Source: Minisyncoccota bacterium
Lineage (GTDB): Bacteria; Patescibacteriota; Minisyncoccia; Phycocordibacterales; UBA918
Direction: 5' to 3'
DNA length: 64,000 nucleotides
NCBI GenBank assembly: GCA_041389025.1
Contig: JAWKSP010000001.1
Span: 414,663-478,662 of the forward strand
Below the pieces are notes generated by a model. That model saw only the letters and a program-made list of their open reading frames with translations. It made no database searches and had not been told where the DNA came from. Position numbers and translations under genes: made by a program. Shown piece by piece: positions 10,146-19,821 of this stretch. The stretch's first letter is position 1, and each line of letters begins with the position of its first letter.

Positions 10146-10196
10146 TTGGATTTTATAAAGGCCGACGCCTACGGCGTCGGCCTTTATAAAATCCAA
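10146..10196. repeat. Perfect palindrome, 24-bp arms
   Basis: ttggattttataaaggccgacgcc-tac-ggcgtcggcctttataaaatccaa between divergent genes. Confidence 0.95.
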
Positions 10197-10288
10197 GACT
10201 TTAAAAAATAGACTAATTTATATAAATGTGTTTTAATAGTCACGGCTGGTTGTTCTACAGTCTCTTCTCATACTTATTTGGAGGTTTT

Positions 10289-10930
10289 ATGAGTCTGAAA
10301 AAACTTTTCTTAACTCTCTTTTTGCTTGTGACACTAATGCCGGTTACTGCCATTGCTGTGCCTTTTATGGAAATCACTGGCGGAACACCTAAGGTGTTCA
10401 CTAACAGTGATTTTGAACAAATACCGGAAGGGGAAACTCGGGTTGGAACAGTTGCCTCGATTGGAAATTTCGTTAATTTAGAAATTCCAATTTACACTGA
10501 TGTGTTTACTAAAGTCTTTTACTCAAAAGGTGTAGACGGCAACTTTTTGGAAGGAGGTACAGAATTACAACTCGTAACGTCTGGACTGCAAACACTGTTG
10601 TCCAGTTCGAGTGATTCGGGAGGAGTTTCGTACTTGTCTGCTGGAACTAACTTGTTTATGCAACAGGTTGACTATGGTGTTGGCGGCGGTTCGTTTGCGT
10701 CAGGATTCATTGGGAATAACGTAATATCTTCCACGATGGAGATTATTCCTTTGAATGAACAGGTGCTAGCTTTTTTGATTGACATTGATGGTCAAAAGGG
10801 AGACGATGGCTTGAATTTTTTTATTTCAGCTCATCCGATACCAGAGCAAGAAAAGGTGTTTGAACCAACTATGCTTTCATTGTTGAGTATCGGACTGCTC
10901 GGGATGGTTTTTACTAAAAGATTAACCTAA
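10289..10930 (+). CDS. Secreted protein with PEP-CTERM-like C-terminal sorting signal
   Basis: SD GGAGG, signal peptide MSLKKLFLTLFLLVTLMPVTAIA, C-terminus VFEPTMLSLLSIGLLGMVFTKR. Confidence 0.7.
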   Translation: MSLKKLFLTLFLLVTLMPVTAIAVPFMEITGGTPKVFTNSDFEQIPEGETRVGTVASIGNFVNLEIPIYTDVFTKVFYSKGVDGNFLEGGTELQLVTSGLQTLLSSSSDSGGVSYLSAGTNLFMQQVDYGVGGGSFASGFIGNNVISSTMEIIPLNEQVLAFLIDIDGQKGDDGLNFFISAHPIPEQEKVFEPTMLSLLSIGLLGMVFTKRLT

Positions 10931-11199
10931 AAAAGATACAAAAAGCCGTGGGTGTTCTGTTTTAATACAGTATCGTACACCCACGGCTTTTAACTTTCTC
11001 TAAAAAACAGAACACAAAGCATGAATACGGCTAAAAATAAAGTAGAAAAGAGAAAAAGTTAAAGTGTTACATAAAAACTATTGCGTTTTTTTTAAAATCA
11101 TGGTATAAGGTTTGTGGTCTGGTTATTCTCTAACCGCCCCAGCTCGTTGTGTGAGCTGGTCGCTATTCTTACAATAAATAACCTTAAAAGGAGGCTTCG

Positions 11200-11844
11200 A
11201 TGAAGTCGATAAAGTTTTTTGCAGTACTATTTATATTTTTTTTCGGTATTGGGTCGGCCAAAGCCGACCTGCTACTTACAGGTGGTTTTCTTGAGCCGGA
11301 TGGCTCAAGAACTATAAAAGGGGGGTCTTCTGGTGGCATTTTGTCCGACACATTAGGAGAGGAAATCTACATTACCACCGTAGCGGAGAATTTCTCCAGC
11401 TGGATAACGCCGCCAGTATTGAACGTTTCTCTTATACAGAGCAACAACTTGATTTATTCGTCCACTGGGATAAACAATGGAAATTTATTCAGTCCACTAG
11501 CTTCAACGGTGGATGTTGGTGACGTTTTTAAATTCACCGTCACTGATATTCTGAACAAATTTGAATATTGGGGAAACGCTCACTTCGGAGCGTTTGGTTT
11601 GGGTTGTCGGTTTGGTGGATGTGGTGATTTTACTGCAAATTTGCTGCAGGTATCACAAAGTCTTATCCACAGCAAAGTTTTTTATCAAGGACAATTACTT
11701 TGGGCGCATGACTTTTCAACCGGACCGACTGGGGTTGTCAGCGAAACACCGATGCTACCAATGTTAGTACTTGGCTTGATGGCGATGATCTGGAGTTTTC
11801 GCCGGAGTTATATAGATTCCGGTGGGAATCGCTTAACCACTTAA
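11200..11844 (+). CDS. Secreted protein with PEP-CTERM-like C-terminal sorting signal
   Basis: SD AGGAGG, signal peptide ending SAKA-DL, C-terminus VSETPMLPMLVLGLMAMIWSFRR. Confidence 0.65.
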   Translation: MKSIKFFAVLFIFFFGIGSAKADLLLTGGFLEPDGSRTIKGGSSGGILSDTLGEEIYITTVAENFSSWITPPVLNVSLIQSNNLIYSSTGINNGNLFSPLASTVDVGDVFKFTVTDILNKFEYWGNAHFGAFGLGCRFGGCGDFTANLLQVSQSLIHSKVFYQGQLLWAHDFSTGPTGVVSETPMLPMLVLGLMAMIWSFRRSYIDSGGNRLTT

Positions 11845-12004
11845 ATATCGAAAAACAAAAGTCTCGTTTCTTAATCAAGAATTGATCTAATTATATAATT
11901 TTTTATTTCAACTTGTTTAAGGAAACGAGGCTTTTTTGTATTTACTTTTTAAGTAATAACACTTTTGGTGTTATACTTAGCTGTCTAAATATTTTAAATA
12001 CATT

Positions 12005-13219
12005 ATGCCAAAAATCGGTAAAGAAAAACCCAAGTCAATAGCAAAAACAAAAGTAAAATCTCTAAAAACTAAAACCGTTAAAAAGCCTGACTACAACCGC
12101 CTAGCTTTAGTGAGGCATAAAAAAATGAAAGGAAAGTTAACAGTAGAGAGTAAGGGTGAGTTGGTGACTAAAGAAGATTGGAGCACTATGTATACTCCTG
12201 GAGTCGGAGCTGTATCGGCCTATTTGGCAAAAAATCCTAAAGAAACTCGTAATTATACTATCAAAAGAAATACAGTAGCTGTAATTTCTGATGGATCAGC
12301 GGTCTTGGGACTTGGAAATATTGGTCCTTTAGCAGCTTTGCCAGTGATGGAAGGAAAATGTGCAATCTTTAAGGAAATGGCTGGAGTGGATGCTTTTCCA
12401 ATTGTTTTAAATACCCAAAATCCTGATGAAATTATTTCTATAGTGAAAGCAATTGCTCCGACTTTTGGTGGGATTAACCTAGAGGACATTGCGGCGCCAA
12501 AATGTTTTTATGTTGAAGAGAAACTGAAAGCTGAGCTTGATATACCGGTAATGCATGATGACCAGCATGGTACGGCGATTGTGATTTTGGCTGGGCTAAT
12601 AAATGCAACCAAAGTAGTGAAGAAAAAACTGGAGAGTTTGAAGGTGGTGATAGTGGGGGCGGGTGCAGCTGGTCGAGCGACAGCCTTTCTTCTTAAAGAA
12701 GCAGGAATAGAAAATATCATTATTACTGATTCTAAAGGAATTATTTATAAAGGTAGACGAGGCCTAGACGGATACAAGTTACATTTATCACAGGTGACTA
12801 ATCCTACACGAGTAGAAGGAGATGTAATGGCCGCGGTAACGGGGGCTGATGTTTTGATTGGGGTGTCAGGACCAGGGACGATTGCTCGGGCTCATATTGA
12901 AGCGATGAACGAAAAAGCTGTAGTATTTGCGATGGCTAATCCAATCCCTGAGATTATGCCGGAAGACGCTAAGCAGGCAGGAGCGATGGTGGTGGCTACC
13001 GGCCGATCAGATTTTTTGAATCAAGTTAATAATGCTTTAGTCTTCCCAGGGATTTTTCGTGGAGCCTTGGATAACGGAGTAAAAGAAATTACTGATAAGA
13101 TGAAACTGCTGGCGGCCAAAAAAATAGCCGGATTAATTAAAAAACCAACGCCGGAAGAAATTATTCCGTCGGTGATGAATAAAGATTTAGTGAAGGTGGT
13201 GGCTGGTGCGGTTAGGTAG
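12005..13219 (+). CDS. NAD(P)-dependent malic enzyme
   Basis: YTPGV, DGSAVLGLG, LPVMEGK, INLEDI, HDDQHGT, GAGAAG, ATGRSD, NNALVFPG. Confidence 0.95.
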   Translation: MPKIGKEKPKSIAKTKVKSLKTKTVKKPDYNRLALVRHKKMKGKLTVESKGELVTKEDWSTMYTPGVGAVSAYLAKNPKETRNYTIKRNTVAVISDGSAVLGLGNIGPLAALPVMEGKCAIFKEMAGVDAFPIVLNTQNPDEIISIVKAIAPTFGGINLEDIAAPKCFYVEEKLKAELDIPVMHDDQHGTAIVILAGLINATKVVKKKLESLKVVIVGAGAAGRATAFLLKEAGIENIIITDSKGIIYKGRRGLDGYKLHLSQVTNPTRVEGDVMAAVTGADVLIGVSGPGTIARAHIEAMNEKAVVFAMANPIPEIMPEDAKQAGAMVVATGRSDFLNQVNNALVFPGIFRGALDNGVKEITDKMKLLAAKKIAGLIKKPTPEEIIPSVMNKDLVKVVAGAVR

Positions 13220-13248
13220 TTTTAGGGTGGTGAGTGGGGTAAGGAAAC

Positions 13249-13273
13249 GGGCGGAAACCGAAGGTTTCCGCCC
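13249..13273. repeat. Palindrome, 11-bp arms, GAA loop (probable terminator)
   Basis: gggcggaaacc-gaa-ggtttccgccc followed by a T-tract. Confidence 0.85.
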
Positions 13274-13327
13274 TATTTTTTTAAAAATAAAACCACTAAT
13301 TTAATAAATAAGCGGTAAAAAGTTATT

Positions 13328-13654
13328 TTACTTACCAAATTCATGTTCTATTAAATTACAAAAAAAGATATGACAATCATATGTCCATATTTCGGCCGAG
13401 GTTTCTTTTAATGAATATAAAGCTAGAGATTGAGTATCTTCACCTTCTAGCTCTTGAATTACTTTTAACAAAATTTTTTGCCAAAAATAAATCAGGTTGT
13501 CATGATTGTGACGGCCATTGATAGTTATTTCTCCAATATGAGTATTGTCTAATAAAACATTATTTTCTTGAATTTGTAACAATCCACCGTAATAAGTAGC
13601 AATAGCGTTTAAGAGATAGATGACTTCATTTTTTGTAATTCTACCATTTTGCAT
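13328..13654 (-). CDS. Hypothetical protein (AT-rich orphan)
   Basis: ORF with SD GGGGAG before ATG 13654. Confidence 0.55.
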   Translation of the reverse strand: MQNGRITKNEVIYLLNAIATYYGGLLQIQENNVLLDNTHIGEITINGRHNHDNLIYFWQKILLKVIQELEGEDTQSLALYSLKETSAEIWTYDCHIFFCNLIEHEFGK

Positions 13655-13764
13655 TGTATTCTCCCCGAAGATCAAAAGATTAAGACCTAATTCCTAAATT
13701 TAATTCTTATAAATTTTGACCTAAAAGTCAATATTTTGTTGTGGTTTTTTGGTGAGAGGAGATG

Positions 13765-13805
13765 GAAAAAGTGAGTGGAAACCAAAGGTTTCCACTCACT
13801 TTTTC
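13765..13805. repeat. Perfect palindrome, 19-bp arms
   Basis: gaaaaagtgagtggaaacc-aaa-ggtttccactcactttttc. Confidence 0.95.
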
Positions 13806-13817
13806 TTTATTAATAAA

Positions 13818-14756
13818 TTAATTGTCAAGTTTACCTAATATCATTTCTTGTTCATTTCCAGAAAGTAGAGCACCGGTTTCGGTTTCAGAAAAAGTTGTCA
13901 TTTGTGTGATTAGGCTAGCGAAATTTTGTTCTTTTTTATTTAGTTCATCGGTACAAAGCTTTTTGGTACTGACAGGTTCTGAAAAAATAAGAGTTGTTCG
14001 TTCAGTTGAGAAATCACCACTAATGTTATTGCAACCAAAATCCATCAAATAACGTCCTTCAGAAAAAGTTAAAGTACCGTCTTGATAATTCCAGCTGGTG
14101 CCTTCAGGACTGTAGCGCAGTAAAGGTATGGTGGTTTCGGTGAGTTCATTTTCATTTGTTTTTTCTCTAACTGGTGTAGCTGACATCACTTTCACTAATT
14201 CATATTCGTAGCGACTGGCATCAGCGGGTGGATTATCTCTTTCTGTGCGTGCTACCTCTATTTTATATTCAACTCCTTCTTCAAACCCAAACCCTTTTAT
14301 GTTGTCGTAGAAAAGTTCATTGTTTACCACTAAACATTCCATTGGGGCTACACCGGTGCAATCTCTTTTTTCAGCTGCTATATCCATGGTTATTATTTCA
14401 GCTTTGGTTAGTGTTGGGACTTGGTAGGTAAGTCCGGTCGCGTTGATGGTGGCTTCATCGTTATGTTCCCAAAAACTAACAGTCTTATCTTCACTTTCAT
14501 ATTTTGCTCCAGAACCTGTTTCCGCTCGAGTTAGATTATAGTCACGATTTCTTATATTTAAGATAGCTGTACTTTTGTCTTTGTCTGTATAAGTAAGAAT
14601 ACCTTTCCAGCCATCCTCAGTGGTGAAAGTATAACTTTCTTTATAAGTTTCACTGTCAGAAATTTTATTTTGTTGGTCGTTACTAATTCTTACAATAGTA
14701 AACAAAGCTAAGACAATTATTATTAAAATGATAGTAATTTTAGTTGTTCTAGTCAT
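13818..14756 (-). CDS. Membrane-anchored MliC (lysozyme inhibitor)-DUF4377-META multidomain protein
   Basis: TM anchor; TGSGAKY...FWEH (MliC/PliC); CTGVAPMECL...IKGFGFEEG...PPADAS (DUF4377); GCNNISG...STKKLC (META). Confidence 0.75.
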   Translation of the reverse strand: MTRTTKITIILIIIVLALFTIVRISNDQQNKISDSETYKESYTFTTEDGWKGILTYTDKDKSTAILNIRNRDYNLTRAETGSGAKYESEDKTVSFWEHNDEATINATGLTYQVPTLTKAEIITMDIAAEKRDCTGVAPMECLVVNNELFYDNIKGFGFEEGVEYKIEVARTERDNPPADASRYEYELVKVMSATPVREKTNENELTETTIPLLRYSPEGTSWNYQDGTLTFSEGRYLMDFGCNNISGDFSTERTTLIFSEPVSTKKLCTDELNKKEQNFASLITQMTTFSETETGALLSGNEQEMILGKLDN

Positions 14757-14850
14757 ATTCTTGTCTTTTAGAAACTGGTAAATTTGCACTTATCTAAATT
14801 TATACATTAATTTAAGCAAAATACAAACTTTACTTTACATCTTCATCTAA

Positions 14851-15110
14851 GAAAATAACCACCTAAACGGTGGTGTTTTTTCAAAATTACTGTGCCGCGT
14901 TTTAATCCGATTACTTGATTCATTACATCTATAGTTTAGCTTAATCCCTGCCCTTTAGGGGATCGGGTCGCCCAATCTATATAACCACTTGGGTCATACC
15001 TATACTTTATTCTTACTGCGGGTGGTCTCGAGTTAGAACCGTGTGATGCCAAACCCTGCTTGACCGATTCAACGATATTTCAGACTAGTCCGATAGTGTC
15101 TCGAGCGCAA
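14851..15110 (-). ncRNA. Candidate structured non-coding RNA (family not identified)
   Basis: Intergenic tract richer in GC than its flanks, several hairpins, terminator-like hairpin at 14851-14882. Confidence 0.35.
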
Positions 15111-15210
15111 GTAAAAAGTGACAAAAGTGACAGTTTTTACAAAAAAATAATTATTTGTCACAGCCTTAAATTAATTGCCATATTCACTAGTTTTACATAT
15201 AATCACCAAA

Positions 15211-15843
15211 ATGAAGACAAAATATATAATCACAATTTTGATCCTGATAACAATAGGTATCTTGAGTGTTATTTCGTACAATAATCAAGATAAAGAAATA
15301 AATCATGTTTCACCATCAGAAATGGACAATAATACAAAACCTGACATAAATACAGATGAAGTGACTAAGCAGGATAATATTAAATACGAACCTCTGAAGT
15401 TTCCAGATAATAACCTAGATACGTCAGATTGGAAAACTTACCAAAACGAAGAATTTGGATTTGAGGTTAAGTATCCGAGTGATTGGGAGGTGGAAGTTTC
15501 TAAAAAAGATTTCTTAATAAGACCTATTACAAAAATAGATCCAAATGACGATGGTGGTGTTTATATATCAGTATCAGATTTATCGCTTAATGATTATGTT
15601 GAAAATAGAATTTCATCAGATGTTTCTTTAAAGGGTTGGGTTGTAAATAATAATATGCAGGGTGTTATTTTTAATTACAAACTAGGCGTATGGAGTGAGG
15701 GTCGTGGTTTAGACCAAAGAAAAGTACATCAAAGTTATCTTTTTGATCTGGGTAAGTATAGAATTAGTTTTTATGAACCATCAGATATCAAATATCGTAC
15801 AAAGGTATTAGAAAAAGTTGTATTATCATTGGTGTCATTGTAA
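15211..15843 (+). CDS. Membrane-anchored PsbP-related protein
   Basis: N-terminal TM, WKTYQNEEFGFEVKYPSDW motif common in CPR surface proteins. Confidence 0.7.
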   Translation: MKTKYIITILILITIGILSVISYNNQDKEINHVSPSEMDNNTKPDINTDEVTKQDNIKYEPLKFPDNNLDTSDWKTYQNEEFGFEVKYPSDWEVEVSKKDFLIRPITKIDPNDDGGVYISVSDLSLNDYVENRISSDVSLKGWVVNNNMQGVIFNYKLGVWSEGRGLDQRKVHQSYLFDLGKYRISFYEPSDIKYRTKVLEKVVLSLVSL

Positions 15844-15934
15844 ATAGATGTTTGCATGCTATTATGCAAAGGTCGATTGGTTGGCAATCGGCCTTGTTCT
15901 TTAAATACAATAAATAATTATTAGGAGAAAACTA

Positions 15935-17149
15935 ATGAGTTTAAGATTGTTTTTGTGTATTGTCACTTTACTGTTAAGTGTTAACGGTTTTGTTTATGCT
16001 GGATCATTTAAACAAATAAGTGATTCTGCGGGTCCTTTTGTTACACCTATAAGTGAGACTCAAACAAATTCATTATGTGGAAAGCCTAGGAGTGAAATAG
16101 ATCAGTATCATATGCAATATAATGCTGATTTTAGTAAATACCACATAGGTGAGGATATTAATGGACTGTGTGGAGGAAGTACTGACAAAGATTATCCTTT
16201 GCTGGCGATTGCGGATGGTAAGGTTGTATATTTAGATAAAACCGACAATGATGCGAAAGGAAAACAGTTATACGTACGTTATTCCTTTCCATATGCGTTT
16301 GGGATAAACGGAGTACAAACGTTTGATAGTGTCTATTTACACATAAATGATGTTAATTCATCAAAAGTGCAATGGTCAGGATCAGGTACAGGTAGTGAAG
16401 TATTTAAAGGTGATGTTATAGCATATCTTGGAGGTACAGGAGGATGGACTCCTCATTTGCATTGGGAAGCGCAGTGGGATGATAGTCTTTCTATTAATGA
16501 GAACTCCTACCAAAAACCATTATCTATAAAACATGCCCTGAAATATCGAGTACCGTCTATGATTGTGGATGACCGTAGAGACTTGAAAGGTTATCGTGTT
16601 CCTGATTCAGATAGCTGGTATTCATTTACTATGCAAGGTAATGCTCCATCGTCGACTGCATATATTATGCATAATGGTCAGCGTAAAAGTCTAAAAAAGG
16701 CAATTGCGGCAGGTTGGATACCGTCACAAGGTGTGTTGCATGAGAAAGATGGGACTTGGTATTACTATGGTGATGTTGATGCAAACTTTTTCTATGATGG
16801 GGAAAGGTACGCTATTAAAACCCTTGTTTCTGGTCCCACACACTATATCTCGGTTCCTAGAAATAACTTCCAGGAAGATCGCGCTAGGCTTGATATGTTA
16901 CATGCTGTCGAAAATGATTCTAGATTTGTGAATGTGCAAGTAGAAACATTTGATTCACAAATTCCATGGGATTCAAATTCAGCTTGGAATCTTCATTGGA
17001 TGAGGTTTGAATTGTCTGATGGTCGTACGGTATACGCAAATCAGGTGACAAATAGACTGTATCCGCTTTTACGGTGTACTGCTTATTATGATCCAGATAC
17101 AAGCAAGTGGACTAACTGGGATTGTATAGATAAAAATCGTTTGTATTAA
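15935..17149 (+). CDS. Secreted M23 family metallopeptidase with uncharacterised C-terminal domain
   Basis: Signal peptide, HIGED (HxxxD), AIADGKV, YLH, GGTGGWTPHLHWE (HxH). Confidence 0.85.
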   Translation: MSLRLFLCIVTLLLSVNGFVYAGSFKQISDSAGPFVTPISETQTNSLCGKPRSEIDQYHMQYNADFSKYHIGEDINGLCGGSTDKDYPLLAIADGKVVYLDKTDNDAKGKQLYVRYSFPYAFGINGVQTFDSVYLHINDVNSSKVQWSGSGTGSEVFKGDVIAYLGGTGGWTPHLHWEAQWDDSLSINENSYQKPLSIKHALKYRVPSMIVDDRRDLKGYRVPDSDSWYSFTMQGNAPSSTAYIMHNGQRKSLKKAIAAGWIPSQGVLHEKDGTWYYYGDVDANFFYDGERYAIKTLVSGPTHYISVPRNNFQEDRARLDMLHAVENDSRFVNVQVETFDSQIPWDSNSAWNLHWMRFELSDGRTVYANQVTNRLYPLLRCTAYYDPDTSKWTNWDCIDKNRLY

Positions 17150-17179
17150 ACTAACTAATTTCTTGAAAGGAGTGACATT

Positions 17180-17455
17180 ATGCGTTTTTCTTTTTTCCTC
17201 GTTCTACTTTTCCTGACGACAACTGTTACCGCAGCTGGTAATAGACCTGACAGATCTTATATACACGGACCAGTGATTTCAGATCGAACTTTTAACGATC
17301 CAATGGAATGCGAAGATCAGTTTCTTAATCGAGGACCACAGTTTTGTCGACCAGATCATCTTGTTCCAGAAATATATAACTATGAAGAAGTTATTGATGG
17401 ACGGGATAATAACAGATTCAAACATGATACTGATCAAGAAGTTCATGATCTTTAA
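17180..17455 (+). CDS. Small secreted hypothetical protein
   Basis: SD AAGGAG, signal peptide, two Cys. Confidence 0.6.
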   Translation: MRFSFFLVLLFLTTTVTAAGNRPDRSYIHGPVISDRTFNDPMECEDQFLNRGPQFCRPDHLVPEIYNYEEVIDGRDNNRFKHDTDQEVHDL

Positions 17456-17610
17456 TCCTAATAATTCGTAAATTTATTAAATGAACCTTCCTGTACAAAG
17501 CCAGGAAGGTTGTTTTTTTAATCTATAACCTACCAGTCCTATTCGTTATTAGTTCTAATTTACTTGAGATTTTTTCAAACCTCATCTATTAGGGCAAAAG
17601 TTAAAATTTG

Positions 17611-17697
17611 CGGAGACGCAGGGATTCGAACCCTGGAGGGTTTTAACACCCTACTTCGTTAGCAGTGAAGCGCTTTCGACCACTCAGCCACGTCTCC
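17611..17697 (-). tRNA. tRNA-Ser (GCU)
   Basis: ggagacg acceptor stem, ctGCTaa anticodon loop, long variable arm, ttcgaat T loop. Confidence 0.95.
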
Positions 17698-17716
17698 TTA
17701 TATTTAATTATATTTT

Positions 17717-17825
17717 AGACATGGCTTCGTTCCACTCCCGATTATCTCGCTCTCGCATCGATAATTCGTTCTAGCAAACGAATGGATAAAATCTAAAGCA
17801 GTTTAGATTTTATAGCCACGTCTCC
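17717..17825 (-). other. Structured shadow copy of the tRNA-Ser 5' end
   Basis: agccacgtctcc repeated at 17686-17697 and 17814-17825; complementary agacatggct at 17717-17726; internal hairpins. Confidence 0.7.
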
Positions 17826-17961
17826 AATATTAAATTTTGTGCGTACGTTTGATTTTACTATACGTTCGACTTTGTTAAGTATAAAAGGCGGTAAGCCAGA
17901 TATACTTATGTGGCAGTAAGATAACATATTTTTTGAGGTAGGGCGAATGGTGGTTTGGGGT

Positions 17962-18002
17962 TGGCAAGGTGGGCAAAAGCTTTGCTTTTGCCCACCTTGC
18001 CA
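17962..18002. repeat. Perfect palindrome, 19-bp arms
   Basis: tggcaaggtgggcaaaagc-ttt-gcttttgcccaccttgcca. Confidence 0.95.
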
Positions 18003-18008
18003 TTTACC

Positions 18009-18620
18009 CTAATGTGCTATTGCTAGACACACTATTTTACAACCGGTTGGTAAGTGAGGAGTAAGTGCTTGTTTTCCTGCTTTTAGGGTGGCTCCGGTGG
18101 TCACTACATCATCTAGGAGGATGATTTTTTTGTACTTTACTAAATCCACACCGGCTTTTGGTGTGTAAGTGAAAACCTTGTCTAGATTTCTCAATCTCTC
18201 ATCACGGCTTAGTTTAGTTTGTGGAGTGGTGTCCCTTACTTTCTCCAGTAATTTGGCAGTAGTTACCTTTTCGCTTTCCAGTTTGTTCAATATATTTTGC
18301 ACCTGGTTATATCCACGTTCACGTCTTCTTTTTTTACTTAACGGGACAGGGATAAGCAGGACGTTTTCAGATTGGTCTTTAAGCCAGTTGGTCAAAAGAC
18401 TACTTAATAATACAGATGCTTGGTTACTATTGTGAAATTTGTTGGCGGTCACCGCGGATTTTATTTTTTTGATTTTATAATTTGACAAAAACACACAACC
18501 GGAAAATTTTTGTGCTGAATAAAATCTAAGAATAGTTTGTGGTGTTTCTTTTTCTATATTTTTAACACATTCCGGTCTCGGTAGTACACTGTCTAAAAGT
18601 TGTGAAAAAATATCCAACAT
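18009..18620 (-). CDS. comF: ComF family competence protein (phosphoribosyltransferase-like)
   Basis: IPVPL...RGYNQ, LLDDVVTTGAT. Confidence 0.9.
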   Translation of the reverse strand: MLDIFSQLLDSVLPRPECVKNIEKETPQTILRFYSAQKFSGCVFLSNYKIKKIKSAVTANKFHNSNQASVLLSSLLTNWLKDQSENVLLIPVPLSKKRRRERGYNQVQNILNKLESEKVTTAKLLEKVRDTTPQTKLSRDERLRNLDKVFTYTPKAGVDLVKYKKIILLDDVVTTGATLKAGKQALTPHLPTGCKIVCLAIAH

Positions 18621-18671
18621 CAGACTCTAGTATAACGCACAAGCATGATAGAATATAAAAGATAAATTTGC

Positions 18672-19748
18672 ATGAAATTTAAAAATCTATTCAAGGACAT
18701 TACCGCGGGCGCTGATTCAGAGCGTGTGGTTGGTATTGATATTGGATCTTCATCTATAAAGGTAGTGGAAGTACAAGAGAAAGACAGTGTCTTAAATCTG
18801 ACCACTTATGGTGAATTGCAATTGGGTCCTTATGCCAACAAAGATATTGGTGAGTCAGTTGTGTTAGACGCTAAAAGTGAACAGCAAGCCCTAATAGATG
18901 TGATTAGGGAGTCAGGGGTAAAGGCTAAGCAGGCCGTGTTTGCTATGCCGTTATCTTCTAGTTTTGTGACTATGATTAACTTTGTGGCTGATTCTGATGA
19001 AGACCTATCAGCTCGTATTAGAGTAGAAGCTCGTAAGTATATTCCGGTACCGATCAGTGAAGTTACTTTAGACTGGGCTGAGGTTGACTATACCGAAAAC
19101 AGTAATGACAAAAAAATCCGTAATGTATTAGTAGCAGCCATTCAAAACCAAGCCCTCAATCGTTTTAAGGTTTTAATGCAGTTTGTAAACTTAAAAGATA
19201 CTCCTACAGAGATAGAGTGTTTTAGCTCCATCAGATCGGCTTATAGTGAAAAGAAAAAAAATATCGCTGTTATAGATATTGGCGCAGTTTCTACAAAATT
19301 ATACATAGCTCATAACGGACTATTAAGACGGATGCATCGAGTGCGGGCCGGTGGAACCATTGCTACCAAGCGAATTGCGGGGTCGTTAAATATAACTTTT
19401 GCTGAAGCTGAGGAAAAGAAACGAGCTACTACCAAAGACGATGTTGATTTCAGAGAGATTGAAAGTCTGCATCACAGTGCATATGATCGAACTTGGCAGG
19501 AATTTGGTCAGGTAATAAAAGAGTACGAGACACGTCATAATATTAGTCTTGATGCTATATACTTAACTGGTGGTGGTTCTATTTTTCCAAATACAGATAA
19601 AATGATACAGAGTATTTTAAACAGGGATGTTGTACCAGTTCATATTTTCAACAAATTAGCTTATCCAGCTTTTATGGAAGATATGATGACGGAGTTGGAC
19701 CCAACTTTTCATGTTGCGTTGGGTGCTGTGCTAAGAATGTTTGAGTAA
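18672..19748 (+). CDS. pilM: Type IV pilus assembly protein PilM
   Basis: GIDIGSSSIK, IDIGA, LTGGGS actin-like motifs; first gene of pil operon. Confidence 0.92.
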   Translation: MKFKNLFKDITAGADSERVVGIDIGSSSIKVVEVQEKDSVLNLTTYGELQLGPYANKDIGESVVLDAKSEQQALIDVIRESGVKAKQAVFAMPLSSSFVTMINFVADSDEDLSARIRVEARKYIPVPISEVTLDWAEVDYTENSNDKKIRNVLVAAIQNQALNRFKVLMQFVNLKDTPTEIECFSSIRSAYSEKKKNIAVIDIGAVSTKLYIAHNGLLRRMHRVRAGGTIATKRIAGSLNITFAEAEEKKRATTKDDVDFREIESLHHSAYDRTWQEFGQVIKEYETRHNISLDAIYLTGGGSIFPNTDKMIQSILNRDVVPVHIFNKLAYPAFMEDMMTELDPTFHVALGAVLRMFE

Positions 19749-19821
19749 TTTTTATCAGTATTTTTATTTCGTCCACAGTTTGTAGTCGCTACAAAAAAAG
19801 AAACCGAGTATAATTTTGTAT

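Noticed and set aside
14851-15110. tmRNA, RNase P RNA or group I intron
   Set aside because: Only weak partial resemblances; no tRNA-like acceptor/T arm, no GAGGAAAGUCC/P4 pairing, and no properly spaced R and S elements.
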